From: a virus
Taxonomy: Duplodnaviria > Caudoviricetes
IMG/VR virus record: IMGVR_UViG_3300049170_000080
Location: 888 to 64,887 of that record
Strand: one strand, 5' to 3'
Length of the DNA: 64,000 bases
Of this stretch, positions 44,971-53,684 are shown one piece after another. The position numbers and the translations under genes are program-made. The first letter of the stretch is position 1. Every line of letters begins with the position of its first letter. The notes under the pieces were generated by a model. The model was not told the origin of the DNA and ran no database searches. It was given only the letters and a program-made list of their open reading frames with translations.

Positions 44971-45273
44971 TCAGGGCCGCTCCCAGTCACCTTCATCGTT
45001 CGCCACCATGCTGGCGCCGCAAGGCCCGCACAGCCCCGTACGGCGGGTCGTTCCCATCTCGCTGATGTCGATGATGTCGTCGTGCGGGCACGCTTCCTGG
45101 TCGACGGGCGTGGCTAGGGCGACCGCGCGGGCCGCTCGGGTGCCGGGTTCGGGGGTGATGCCGAGCAGTTCGTGTTCCAGGACGGCGATGCGGTCGGGGT
45201 CGGGATGCTCCTGGGCATGCTGCTCAGAACTGCGACGCTGGCCGTTGCCGAACAGGCGGCCCCAGAGGTTCAT
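44971..45273 (-). CDS. Hypothetical zinc-ribbon protein
   Basis: CPH..CGPCG. Confidence 0.6.
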   Translation of the reverse strand: MNLWGRLFGNGQRRSSEQHAQEHPDPDRIAVLEHELLGITPEPGTRAARAVALATPVDQEACPHDDIIDISEMGTTRRTGLCGPCGASMVANDEGDWERP

Positions 45274-45551
45274 GTATCCGCTCCGGGCACGCGCAGCCAC
45301 TGCGGCGGCTCGACAAGGCACGGCACCGTGGCCTGGCTGGTGACCGGTCCGGAAGCGTCCGGGTCGCTGAGGATGTTCCCGGTGCGCTCACACCGGACGT
45401 ACCCCGTGTACTGGATGACCTGCTGTCCGTCGTGTTCGGTGATGCGCAGGCCGGAGTCGTGGAGCGGAACGGTGAGGGGGTCGATGCCGTTGGCGGTGAG
45501 CCATTCACACAGGGCGAGGCGCTCTTCCTCCGTGGGGCGGGCGACGGACAT
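45270..45551 (-). CDS. Hypothetical protein
   Basis: Overlapping stop/start at both ends. Confidence 0.6.
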   Translation of the reverse strand: MSVARPTEEERLALCEWLTANGIDPLTVPLHDSGLRITEHDGQQVIQYTGYVRCERTGNILSDPDASGPVTSQATVPCLVEPPQWLRVPGADT

Positions 45552-45976
45552 CAGGCGCTGGCCTCCTCGGGAGCGGCCGCGGTGAGTCGGCTCTTGCTGC
45601 GGTGTAGGGGTGTGGTGGCGATGTCGCCGGCGGCTTCCTGCTCGGACAGCAGGTAGTAGGTCTTCCCGCCGTCGGTGGAGAACGCCTCCGAGTGGCGCTT
45701 CGACTGCCAGAGCGGTGTCTGCGTCAGCCCTTCGGCGTGACGGTCGATCCATTCGTTGGGGTCGTCGGTGAGGTCGGAAAGCGGCTGGTATCGCAGCAGC
45801 TTGTCCAGGTGCATGGCGGCGTGGAAGGCGCTGCTGCCGGAGTGGCCCATGTCAGCGAAGGCTTGGACGACGCGGCACAGGCCGCGGATGGTGTCGGGGT
45901 CTTCGCCGATGAGGCGGAGTTCGCGTCGGGCGTGGGCGACGAGGCCGGACTCTGCTTTGCGGGGTGCTGGGGGCAT
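45551..45976 (-). CDS. Conserved phage hypothetical protein
   Basis: LVAHARREL..FADMGHSGSSA..PLSDLTDDPNEW..WQS.R..AFSTDGGKTY. Confidence 0.7.
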   Translation of the reverse strand: MPPAPRKAESGLVAHARRELRLIGEDPDTIRGLCRVVQAFADMGHSGSSAFHAAMHLDKLLRYQPLSDLTDDPNEWIDRHAEGLTQTPLWQSKRHSEAFSTDGGKTYYLLSEQEAAGDIATTPLHRSKSRLTAAAPEEASA

Positions 45977-46076
45977 GCCGTCTACGGTCCCGCGGTTTGC
46001 GCGGAAGGTTCCCCCGGGTTGGGGAGGCCCGGCCGGTGCTGGGGGCACGCGGCCGGGCCGGTCTTCATGGTGCGGT

Positions 46077-46295
46077 CTATCCCCAGGTGCTGTCGCGGGG
46101 TGCGACTCGGTCGGTGCCGGAGTCCCCCGACCCGCTGTCGTCGCTGTCGTCGGTGGTCGGGGTGGTGGTGTCGGGTGCGCCCCAGGTGGAGTCGCCGGCC
46201 GGGGCGGCGATCGGCAGGTCGGCGAGGGCGTAGCCGGTGGCGGCGGTGGCGGTGAGGGCGATGGTGGCGGCGAGACGCTGGAGGCGTTTGTGCAT
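46077..46295 (-). CDS. Secreted peptide precursor with duplicated DSTWG motif
   Basis: aaagggga RBS; 72 aa; signal peptide MHKRLQRLAATIALTATAATGYALA; GDSTWG internally and RDSTWG at the C-terminus. Confidence 0.8.
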   Translation of the reverse strand: MHKRLQRLAATIALTATAATGYALADLPIAAPAGDSTWGAPDTTTPTTDDSDDSGSGDSGTDRVAPRDSTWG

Positions 46296-46582
46296 GGTGG
46301 TTGGTCCCCTTTCCGGGTGGTCAGGTCGTGTTTCGGGGACAGCATTGTGGGGCGTCGGCCCGCTTCTCGTTCCCTGTTCCTGCTGCGAATCCCTCAACTG
46401 GCTGTGTTTTCCTGGCAGTTAGACACAACCGGTCATGGGGAGGATGGGGAGTACGAGCGTCGGGGGACGCCCCGGGACCAATTTGCCTTAGGCTGATTTC
46501 GCTCTCAACCGTTCTCGACTGCGTATTGCCGCATTGCGCGCGTACGCAGGGCGGGGGCCTGTTTTGACGGGGGATCGGACCT

Positions 46583-47665
46583 TTGGCCATAGATATCGGA
46601 ATGGGTGACAGGGAGTTCCTGTCCGCTGCCGCGATCCGAACGTTTGGCCTGATCGCACGTGGTGAACGCGTCCCCGCCGAGTGTGCGGATTATGTTGCGG
46701 AACTCGTCGAGTGGGGTGTCGTCACCCTGGACACCGGCGATGAAAACAGACCGGTGGCGCTCAACCCGCACGAAGCCGCCCAGCGGCGTATGACGGACAG
46801 GCTGAAAGAGGCTGCCAAGCGGGTCGCGGAACTCAGTCAGCTCCCTGAGATCACGGGCCGTCTGGGCGAGCTGTACGAGCAGGGGCAGGCCCGTACGACG
46901 GGCGGATCCGAATACCTCGACGACCCTGCAGTTGTGAACGCCCGCCTCGACGACGTGATCGCCGGCGCACAGACGGAGCTGCTGACCGCGCAGCCGGGAG
47001 GGCCGAGGAACGAGGAACAGCTGAATCGTTCCCTCGAGCGGGACACCGCCGCGCTGGACCGTGGGGTGGTGAAGCTGACCTTGTACCGGGCGACGGTGCG
47101 GGACAACCCGGTGACGGCGGAGTACGCGCGGGCGATGTCGAACCGCCCGTCGGGCAAGTGTGCCGAGTTCGGCACCCTCGTGGGCCCGTTCGAGCGGGCG
47201 ATCATTGTGGACCGGCGGGTGGCGTTCATCTCCAACCACCTGGTCGAAGGGGCGCCGCCGCACGCGGCGTGGCAGGTCACCGACCCGGCGATGGTCGCCT
47301 ACATCGCGGCCGAGTTCGATGACCGGTGGCGGCGCGCGGACCCCTGGCACGGGGAGATGCGGGCACGGGGGCAGCACGGCGTGGACACCGTCTCCAGCGT
47401 GGACGGGATCCGTACGACGCGACGGCAGCGGGAGATCATGCGGGACATGGTCGCCGGCCGGGACCAGCGCGCCATCGCGGGCCGCCTCGGGGTATCCGTA
47501 CGTACCGTCTCCGACGAGATCAACGCACTGCGGGATCTGTTCGACGCGTCGTCGCGGGAGCAGTTGGTGTACAAGTGGGCGTTCTCCGCGGACCGGATCG
47601 TCGATGACAGCACCGACGCGCTCGGCGGCGGCCCGGGGGCCGGCCCGGTCAACGCGGTCGCCTGA
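46583..47665 (+). CDS. LuxR-type regulator with N-terminal wHTH-like and central TrmB/PLD-like sensor domain
   Basis: ERAIIVDRRVAFI central motif; TRRQREIMRDMVAG..IAGRLGVSVRTV LuxR HTH; start TTG 46583 or ATG 46601. Confidence 0.85.
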   Translation: MAIDIGMGDREFLSAAAIRTFGLIARGERVPAECADYVAELVEWGVVTLDTGDENRPVALNPHEAAQRRMTDRLKEAAKRVAELSQLPEITGRLGELYEQGQARTTGGSEYLDDPAVVNARLDDVIAGAQTELLTAQPGGPRNEEQLNRSLERDTAALDRGVVKLTLYRATVRDNPVTAEYARAMSNRPSGKCAEFGTLVGPFERAIIVDRRVAFISNHLVEGAPPHAAWQVTDPAMVAYIAAEFDDRWRRADPWHGEMRARGQHGVDTVSSVDGIRTTRRQREIMRDMVAGRDQRAIAGRLGVSVRTVSDEINALRDLFDASSREQLVYKWAFSADRIVDDSTDALGGGPGAGPVNAVA

Positions 47666-47668
47666 CCC

Positions 47669-48163
47669 TCAGGAACGGTCCTTGCGGGTCGCGTTGGACG
47701 GCTGCACGCCCTTCAGCACCGCCAGCTCCCGCTCCACCTCGGTCAGCCTGGCCAGGTATGCGGCGGCCTGCTCCTTCCAGTCCGGAGGGTCGCCGATACG
47801 GACACGGCCGGTCATGAACCGGTCCCAACCCTCCAGCGCGTACTCCAGGTCCCGGACACGGGCGCGCAGGCCGCCCGGGTCGCGGTCCTGACGCAGTTCG
47901 GCGACCTCGGCCTCGAGGCGGCGCATGTCCGCCAACGTGCGGACCTTCTGACGCTCCCGGCCCTTCTCATACCCGCGGCAGAACGCCTCTCGGCGCTCCT
48001 CCCGCGGGCACTCCTCGATCCACGGCAGCAGCGCGGCCGCCGCGTCACGGTGCTCCTGCGCCCGCTCGGCGTCTTCCTCCTCGATCTCGTCCAGGCCGCG
48101 GAAGTCGTACTCGCGTGCGAGCTGGTCGGCCAGGCGCTCAAGGCGGCTGGGCTGCTCGGTCAT
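47669..48163 (-). CDS. Coiled-coil hypothetical protein
   Basis: gaggga RBS. Confidence 0.6.
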   Translation of the reverse strand: MTEQPSRLERLADQLAREYDFRGLDEIEEEDAERAQEHRDAAAALLPWIEECPREERREAFCRGYEKGRERQKVRTLADMRRLEAEVAELRQDRDPGGLRARVRDLEYALEGWDRFMTGRVRIGDPPDWKEQAAAYLARLTEVERELAVLKGVQPSNATRKDRS

Positions 48164-48308
48164 GTCCGGTCTCCCTCGTCGAGGGTGGGCTGCTCGTAGC
48201 GCGGGGCCAGATCGATGGTCTCCTGGCCCTCGAGCGCGGGCGGGGGCGGCTGGTCTAAGCGGGCGCGTACGGCCGCGAGACGGGCGTACGCGGCGCCCTC
48301 CCGGTCGT

Positions 48309-48476
48309 TCAACCGTCCTCCATGGTGGGGGTGGCATCTTCACGCTCGCAGAGCAGCAGGAACAGGTCCCTGGCCCGGTCGGACCACAGATCGGCCAGGG
48401 CCTGAGCGTGCTCGTACTGGGCGCGTACGGCGTGGGTGCTGGCATTGTGGACGAACTCGGGACGAAGGCCGTTCAC
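48309..48476 (-). CDS. Small hypothetical protein
   Basis: GTGA overlap. Confidence 0.5.
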   Translation of the reverse strand: MNGLRPEFVHNASTHAVRAQYEHAQALADLWSDRARDLFLLLCEREDATPTMEDG

Positions 48477-48868
48477 CCGTCCCCCAGGTCCTGGTCGGGG
48501 CAGTTGATGGTGCGGCACCCGTCGTGCACGTAGCAGCCGTGCACGCACCGCGGCCGGTTGTAGGACGGGGCCTGGTCCCGGCGCGGGGCACGGCGTACAG
48601 GGACGGTGGGGCGTTTGTGCCAGCCCGATGGCTCATCCTCGATGTCCGGGTCCCACTCGGCGACCGCGTCCCGGACTACGGACGGGTCGCGGGGATAGCA
48701 CCAGCCGTGGTCGTAGCCGAGAGACTGCGGGTCGTTCTTGGGCACGGCGATGAGGCGAATGTTGAATCCGTGCCACAGCCAGAGGTAACGGTGGGTGTCG
48801 TCGGCGGCGAGTTCTTCGCCTTGCCAGTGCTCGTCGGGGATGGGGGCGGGGTGGTGCACGACGGTCAC
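48473..48868 (-). CDS. Hypothetical protein
   Basis: YDHGWCY..WD..EPSGWHK; C-terminal Cys/His. Confidence 0.6.
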   Translation of the reverse strand: MTVVHHPAPIPDEHWQGEELAADDTHRYLWLWHGFNIRLIAVPKNDPQSLGYDHGWCYPRDPSVVRDAVAEWDPDIEDEPSGWHKRPTVPVRRAPRRDQAPSYNRPRCVHGCYVHDGCRTINCPDQDLGDG

Positions 48869-49437
48869 GCGCTTGTCCTCTCGCAGGAGGGGTGTCGGTG
48901 GGCAGCGGTTCCGATCGCGTGCGGGTAGTCGTAGGCGCCGGGCATGGGCTTCCACGTTTCCCCGTGCGCCCCGCACGTCTTGCATCGCCACCGCTCGCCC
49001 CCGTCGACCTGTTCGAGGTCGAAGCGATCGTAGAAAGCGTCCAGTTCGGCCTTGCGTTCCTGGTAGATGGTGGTTCGCCGCTTGTAGGTCTCGTAGACGT
49101 TGCCGCGGTAGCGGGGGTTGTCGATAGTTTCGTTCCAGCCGGGCCGGTAGTCGGGGTGGGTGCGCCACAGGCGAGCGAGGCCGCACATGGTGGTGCAGGG
49201 GACGCCGGCGGTGGCGGTGCAGGTGACGCAGGCGGCGTGGGAGCGGCCGCGGGCATCGATCCAAATGTTGTGCTGGTCGGCGATGAGGTAGAGCGTGTCG
49301 ATGCGGTTCAGCTCGGCGTCCCGGGCTTGTCCGGTCGGTAGTTGCTCGGCGGTTGTCTGGGCTTCGGCGAGGCGGGCGTACACGAAGTCCTCGCAGCGGA
49401 ATTCCCACCGCCAGTTCGGGTCGTCGGGGCCAGTCAC
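48865..49437 (-). CDS. Hypothetical protein
   Basis: CVTC..PCTT..LA..W..HPDY; CKTCG. Confidence 0.6.
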   Translation of the reverse strand: MTGPDDPNWRWEFRCEDFVYARLAEAQTTAEQLPTGQARDAELNRIDTLYLIADQHNIWIDARGRSHAACVTCTATAGVPCTTMCGLARLWRTHPDYRPGWNETIDNPRYRGNVYETYKRRTTIYQERKAELDAFYDRFDLEQVDGGERWRCKTCGAHGETWKPMPGAYDYPHAIGTAAHRHPSCERTSA

Positions 49438-49439
49438 CC

Positions 49440-49616
49440 TCAGTCCTCCCCGCAGGCGTGTTCGTCGGGGGTGAAGGGATGGCCGTTCTCGTCGTGGAGG
49501 ACGAGTCCGTCGTCTTCGTCGTACCAGCCGTCACCGGTCGTGCCGCAGTTGCCGCACTCCCAGCGGCCGGCCAGGCTGATCCCGGTGAAGCCGCCGGTGG
49601 TCGGGTTGGAGGCCAT
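49440..49616 (-). CDS. Small zinc-ribbon protein
   Basis: WECGNCG..HAC; aaggagg RBS within the 24-bp repeat. Confidence 0.55.
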   Translation of the reverse strand: MASNPTTGGFTGISLAGRWECGNCGTTGDGWYDEDDGLVLHDENGHPFTPDEHACGED

Positions 49617-49619
49617 GGT

Positions 49620-49826
49620 TCAGGCCTCCTTCGGCTGCTGCGCCCCACCAGCGGGGGTCTCGCGCCAGCGGACTTCGGTCCGGGCGATGAATGCGTCGCT
49701 TACCTGGCGGCTGACCACCAACTCACCGTTCGTGACGTCCACGGTCATGCCGTGGTGCTCAGCCAGCTTGATGAGGGCGGCGATCCTGTCGGCCCAGAAG
49801 TCGACATTGGTGAAGCGGGTGATCAC
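49620..49826 (-). CDS. Small hypothetical protein
   Basis: aaggagg RBS within the 24-bp repeat. Confidence 0.55.
   Translation of the reverse strand: MITRFTNVDFWADRIAALIKLAEHHGMTVDVTNGELVVSRQVSDAFIARTEVRWRETPAGGAQQPKEA
49623..49646. repeat. 24-bp direct repeat, copy 1 (copy 2 at 49832..49855)
   Basis: GGCCTCCTTCGGCTGCTGCGCCCC; both upstream genes end in GAQQPKEA. Confidence 0.9.
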
Positions 49827-50905
49827 GGCCGGGCCTCCTTCGGCTGCTGCGCCCCGACGGAGGGCTGCTCCTCGAAGCTGCACAGGTTGTGCCCGGCGGG
49901 CTTCTGGCACTGGAGGCCGTAGCCGTCGAACTCGCTGTTCGGGCACTGCTCCGGCGGCCGGCCGGGGTTCATCAGGCAGGTGCCGGGGTCGATGCCCTCG
50001 CAGTTCGAGCAGGCGTGCGCCTCGCTGTCTGCCTGTCCCGGCACGGCAGCCACAACAGCGGGAGTGGCTTCGGCGGCCAGGCGGCGGAGCTCCTGCACGG
50101 TGATGTGGCCGTCCCACTCCTCGGCCTTGTCGGCCAACTCCCGGAGCACGGTGGCCCGGTCGACGGGCGCGGGCAGTATGGCCAGCACCGCGTCGGCCCG
50201 GCTGTACGCGTTCGCCCGCACGGTCTCGGGTCGCCGCATGGAGGCGTACTGCGGGGCGTTGTTGCCCTCAGCCCAACGCATCAGCGCCTCGGCGATCTGC
50301 TCCCGCAGCACGGCCCGGTCGGTGGGGGCCTCCTCGGCCTCTGCACGCAGCCACGGCCACTCCCGGTACAGCACCGGCAGAACGGCATCAGCGAGGTCGC
50401 CGCGGCGCATGTCCATGCGGTAATCCGCGGCTTCGAGCGCGGCGGCTATCTCGGCGCGGAGTCCGGCACGGCGAGACGGCGTGGTCTGGTAGGTGGCGGG
50501 CGCCTGCCCAGCAGGAACAGCAGGAACAGCAGGAACAGCAGGAGCGGAGGGGGCGTTGCGGTGCACGATCGCGTCTGCCGCCGCGAGGGCAAGCGACACG
50601 TACTCGCCCACGGACAGGCGCACCTCCTCGCCGCGCTCCAGCAGGGCCAGAGCATTGGGCCCGAGATGAATCTTGATGGTGTGCAGTGCGGGTTCGATGA
50701 GTTCGGCCAACTGCGTCACGGTGTACGTGTCGAAGCCGATCGACGGGAAGCCGTCAGTGTCCGTGTAGACGCGCGGCAGGCTGACGGTGGGCTCCGGCTC
50801 CGGCGCGTGCTCGCACTCGCCCCAGACGAGCGTGTGGGCCCCGGCCTGGCGGCACTTGCGGTTGCAGCCGTCGAAGTCGACGGCGGTCTCGGTCTGGTCG
50901 GTCAT
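49823..50905 (-). CDS. Mosaic hypothetical protein
   Basis: 360 aa; several Cys modules; 9-bp tandem repeat (PAV)n at 50509-50543. Confidence 0.65.
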   Translation of the reverse strand: MTDQTETAVDFDGCNRKCRQAGAHTLVWGECEHAPEPEPTVSLPRVYTDTDGFPSIGFDTYTVTQLAELIEPALHTIKIHLGPNALALLERGEEVRLSVGEYVSLALAAADAIVHRNAPSAPAVPAVPAVPAGQAPATYQTTPSRRAGLRAEIAAALEAADYRMDMRRGDLADAVLPVLYREWPWLRAEAEEAPTDRAVLREQIAEALMRWAEGNNAPQYASMRRPETVRANAYSRADAVLAILPAPVDRATVLRELADKAEEWDGHITVQELRRLAAEATPAVVAAVPGQADSEAHACSNCEGIDPGTCLMNPGRPPEQCPNSEFDGYGLQCQKPAGHNLCSFEEQPSVGAQQPKEARP

Positions 50906-50937
50906 GGGTGTCCTTCGGGTGGCCGGGGGCGGGGCGG

Positions 50938-51576
50938 TCAGGCGGCGGGATCGGATCCGAACAGGCTCGGGGTGTGATGCAGCTCGTCGAGCCAGCCAGT
51001 CAGGCGGGCCAGGTTCTTCTCAGGGCCGAACGCGAGATACGTGCCGTCCGCGGAGTCGCAGCCGAACCATTCGGCGGTCCGCAGCCGCTGGCGGGAGTTG
51101 ACGCGGCCCATGTGGACCCACTTGCCGCGCTCCTTCGCCTCACGGGCGAGGGCCTCGGCAACCGGTCCGGTCTTCCACTCGGTGGATCCGGCGATGAACA
51201 GGACGTCGAAGGCGTCCCAGGGCACGCCCAACTCGTCGCAGCCGTCTTGTGCGGCGAAGGCGGCAGGGATGCCGAGTTCGCGGATGCGGGACAGCCACGG
51301 CAAGGACTCAGCCAGCGTGCCCTTGGCGTCGAACGGCACGTCTGGGGCGACAGCGCCGAGGCACAGTTCCGGCCCGTAGCGGTCGACGGTGCGGGCCAGC
51401 CAGACGAACCAGGCGTCGGCACCGGGCCAGCCTTTGCCGAACTTGCCGTTGTCGCAGAAGTACTCCGCGTCGTCCGGGATCACGTTGCCCTGTGCCGGAG
51501 TCGTCATGCAGCCGATGAGCCCGGCCCTCATCGCGGCCCGCACGTCAGGCCCCGAGGGAGTGCCGAGGTACAGCAT
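50938..51576 (-). CDS. TGT-fold, DpdA-like guanine transglycosylase candidate
   Basis: YFCDNGKF (cf. DSGxF), APDV, FAAQDG, LFIAGS, WVHMGRVN, GCDSADGT follow the order of TGT/DpdA barrel motifs. Confidence 0.6.
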   Translation of the reverse strand: MLYLGTPSGPDVRAAMRAGLIGCMTTPAQGNVIPDDAEYFCDNGKFGKGWPGADAWFVWLARTVDRYGPELCLGAVAPDVPFDAKGTLAESLPWLSRIRELGIPAAFAAQDGCDELGVPWDAFDVLFIAGSTEWKTGPVAEALAREAKERGKWVHMGRVNSRQRLRTAEWFGCDSADGTYLAFGPEKNLARLTGWLDELHHTPSLFGSDPAA

Positions 51577-52075
51577 GGCGCACCATCCGGGCGGCGACGA
51601 TGACGGTGACGGGCAGCAGCGTCGCCCATACGGCCTTGCCGACGAGTTGGCCGCCGACGGTGTGGGCGGTGATGGGGAAGCCGGCGAGGGCGAGGAACGC
51701 GTAGGTGTCCACGGTGGCGCCGACGATCCCCGAGAGCAGGGCGGCGCGCGCCCAGCCGCGGTCCCGTAGCGGGGTGTAGACGGCCGTGTCGAGGAGTTCG
51801 GCGAGGAGGAAGGCCACGGTGGATGCGACGGCCAGGGCGGGCGATGTGACGGCCGTGAGGACGGCGCCGGTGGCTATGCCGGCGAGGACCCAGCGCCAGC
51901 CGCATACGTCTTGGACGACGTCGCGGAGGAGGAGTGCCAGGCCTGCAGCGTAGGTTCCGGCTGTGGTGATGAGGCCGAAGCCGACGGGGACGAGGCCGTA
52001 GTGGGTGGTGAGCCAGTTCGCGGCGACGATGGCGGTGATGTAGGTGGTGAGGGCGATGGCGCCTCGGGTGTTCAT
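51545..52075 (-). CDS. yhhQ: VUT/YhhQ-family (queuosine-precursor) transporter
   Basis: TIVAANW-like start, GLVPVGFG..AGTY.AGL..LLRDVVQ, AFLLAELLDTAVYTPLR, SGIVGA.VDT..FL..AG..GQLVGK. Confidence 0.85.
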   Translation of the reverse strand: MNTRGAIALTTYITAIVAANWLTTHYGLVPVGFGLITTAGTYAAGLALLLRDVVQDVCGWRWVLAGIATGAVLTAVTSPALAVASTVAFLLAELLDTAVYTPLRDRGWARAALLSGIVGATVDTYAFLALAGFPITAHTVGGQLVGKAVWATLLPVTVIVAARMVRHAVPRHSLGA

Positions 52076-52105
52076 GCGGGTCCTTCCGGGTGTGGGTGGG
52101 CGGGG

Positions 52106-52753
52106 CTACACCGAGGCGGCGGGGCCGGTGTCGGTCTTGAAGCCGCCCCGGGCCGCAGCACGGCGGACGGCACGGGCCTGGTGCTCCCAATAGGCGCGGT
52201 CGTCGTCGGACATGCCCTCCCACGGCGCGCCCTGCGGGTCGAACCGCTGCGCCAGCCAGGCGGGGAACGTGTCCGCGACGCCAGTGTCCGGTGCGCCGTC
52301 AGCGGAGGGCATCGTCGCGAGGACCTCGTCGATGCCCTCGCGGAGGCTCATCGGTGCTTTTGGCGTCCACTGGGTCGCGAACAGCACGGCCATGGCGAGG
52401 CAGTCGCGTTCACCGACTGTCACCGCCAGCTTGGCGCGCAGTCTGCGAGCCTCGGCCACCAGCGCCTTGGCCACCTCCGGCGACATGGCAGCGATGTACG
52501 CGGCATCTGCCTGGACCTGCGCCCAGTCCTCCTCGGCCGTCCACTCCCGGTGGGCGGGGTCGTTGTCGAGGGGCTCCTCGTCGAAGCGGGCGATTGTGCG
52601 GCGCGCCTTGTAGCCGTTGCCGGTGTCTTCGAGGTCGGCGGCGATCTCGATCAGGGTGTCGCCGCCGAACGTGTACGTGCCCCACGGTCCGGGGGTGGCG
52701 GCGTCGGCGCGGGCTTCGATGGCGTCGAGGTCGGGGGTGGGCTGGTCGGGCAT
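52106..52753 (-). CDS. Ead/Ea22-like phage protein
   Basis: LDAIEARADAATPGPW..ADAAYIAAMSP..ALVAE.RRLR. Confidence 0.7.
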   Translation of the reverse strand: MPDQPTPDLDAIEARADAATPGPWGTYTFGGDTLIEIAADLEDTGNGYKARRTIARFDEEPLDNDPAHREWTAEEDWAQVQADAAYIAAMSPEVAKALVAEARRLRAKLAVTVGERDCLAMAVLFATQWTPKAPMSLREGIDEVLATMPSADGAPDTGVADTFPAWLAQRFDPQGAPWEGMSDDDRAYWEHQARAVRRAAARGGFKTDTGPAASV

Positions 52754-52784
52754 GCGGTCCTCCAAGGGGCGGGGTGGGGGCCGG

Positions 52785-53054
52785 TCAGGCGAAGGGCTGA
52801 GGGTCGAACGGGCGGCGGGGGCGCCACTGGTGGCTGCAGTCGTCGTTCGGGCAGCAGGCGCGGATGCGTCCGGTGGCGTCGGTGTTGTCGGCCGAGAGGA
52901 CGGGCGGGGCCTGGTTCGGGTCGGCGGGGCGGATGGTGCCGTTCTCGTCGATGACGGCGTGGCCCCAGTCGAGGTGTCCGGTCACGTCCTCGGCGATGGT
53001 GGCGGGGTAGCGGCACTTGGGGCAGAGCAAGATGCGGGTGGGCTGGTCGCGCAT
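52785..53054 (-). CDS. Zinc-ribbon hypothetical protein
   Basis: ATG 53054 after ggag; LCPKC..CPNDDCSHQW. Confidence 0.55.
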   Translation of the reverse strand: MRDQPTRILLCPKCRYPATIAEDVTGHLDWGHAVIDENGTIRPADPNQAPPVLSADNTDATGRIRACCPNDDCSHQWRPRRPFDPQPFA

Positions 53055-53154
53055 GAGGGCGGCTCCCAGGGTGATTGGGGCGTAGTTGGCCAGCGTGCCG
53101 TGGATTGGCGTGGGGGTTCCCCCGGGTGGTGGCGGGGCTGGCTCCAGAGTGCTC

Positions 53155-53196
53155 ATACTATCCGTATCGGCATGGCTATGCAATGCTGATACCGGG
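53155..53196. promoter_or_regulatory. Palindromic promoter/operator, copy 4
   Basis: CCGTATCGGCATGG-ctatg-CAATGCTGATACCGG; minus strand TTGCAT-N17-TAGTAT. Confidence 0.75.
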
Positions 53197-53290
53197 TGGT
53201 GAGAGTGTGGTAGCACCCGGCCCCTACCGCTCAACGCCCGCACGAGGCACGCTGGATGGGCCGACAACACCACCACGAAAGGGGACGACC

Positions 53291-53410
53291 ATGCAGTGCA
53301 CAAGGTGCGGAGGAACCGCCCAGGAGGGCCCCAACGGATCCTGGATCTGCCCTCAGTGCGGGCCGGTATCCGGCTGCGCGCCGGCGCCGGAGGTAGGGTC
53401 GTCTGCGTGA
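53291..53410 (+). CDS. Minimal zinc-ribbon peptide
   Basis: aaagggga RBS; MQCTRCGG..WICPQCG. Confidence 0.6.
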   Translation: MQCTRCGGTAQEGPNGSWICPQCGPVSGCAPAPEVGSSA

Positions 53411-53637
53411 CCAGGCGACGCGCACAGCCCCTGTCGACCCCGGAGGCAGCGACCGCGGCCGCGGCGTTCCTCGAGGGGCAGGAGATCACGACGACGAACT
53501 GCCGGCGCTGCGGCACGGAGATCAGCGGGATTCACGGGCGCTACAGCTGCGGCTCCTGCGGCTGGGTGAACCACTGGTCGGAGGGGCACACGGTGCTGCC
53601 GACCGCGGACCAGGATCCCGACGCACCCACCAGCTGA
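53407..53637 (+). CDS. Zinc-ribbon protein
   Basis: CRRCG..RYSCGSCGW. Confidence 0.65.
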   Translation: MTRRRAQPLSTPEAATAAAAFLEGQEITTTNCRRCGTEISGIHGRYSCGSCGWVNHWSEGHTVLPTADQDPDAPTS

Positions 53638-53654
53638 CCGGCTGGAGACGCGAG

Positions 53655-53684
53655 GAAGCCCCCAGGCGTGTGCCTGGGGGCTTC
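53655..53684. terminator. Bidirectional terminator
   Basis: GAAGCCCCCAGGC-gtgt-GCCTGGGGGCTTC between convergent genes. Confidence 0.8.

Noticed and set aside
50509-50543. 9-bp tandem repeat CAGCAGGAA x about 4
   Set aside because: In-frame coding microsatellite (PAV linker); no evidence of phase variation
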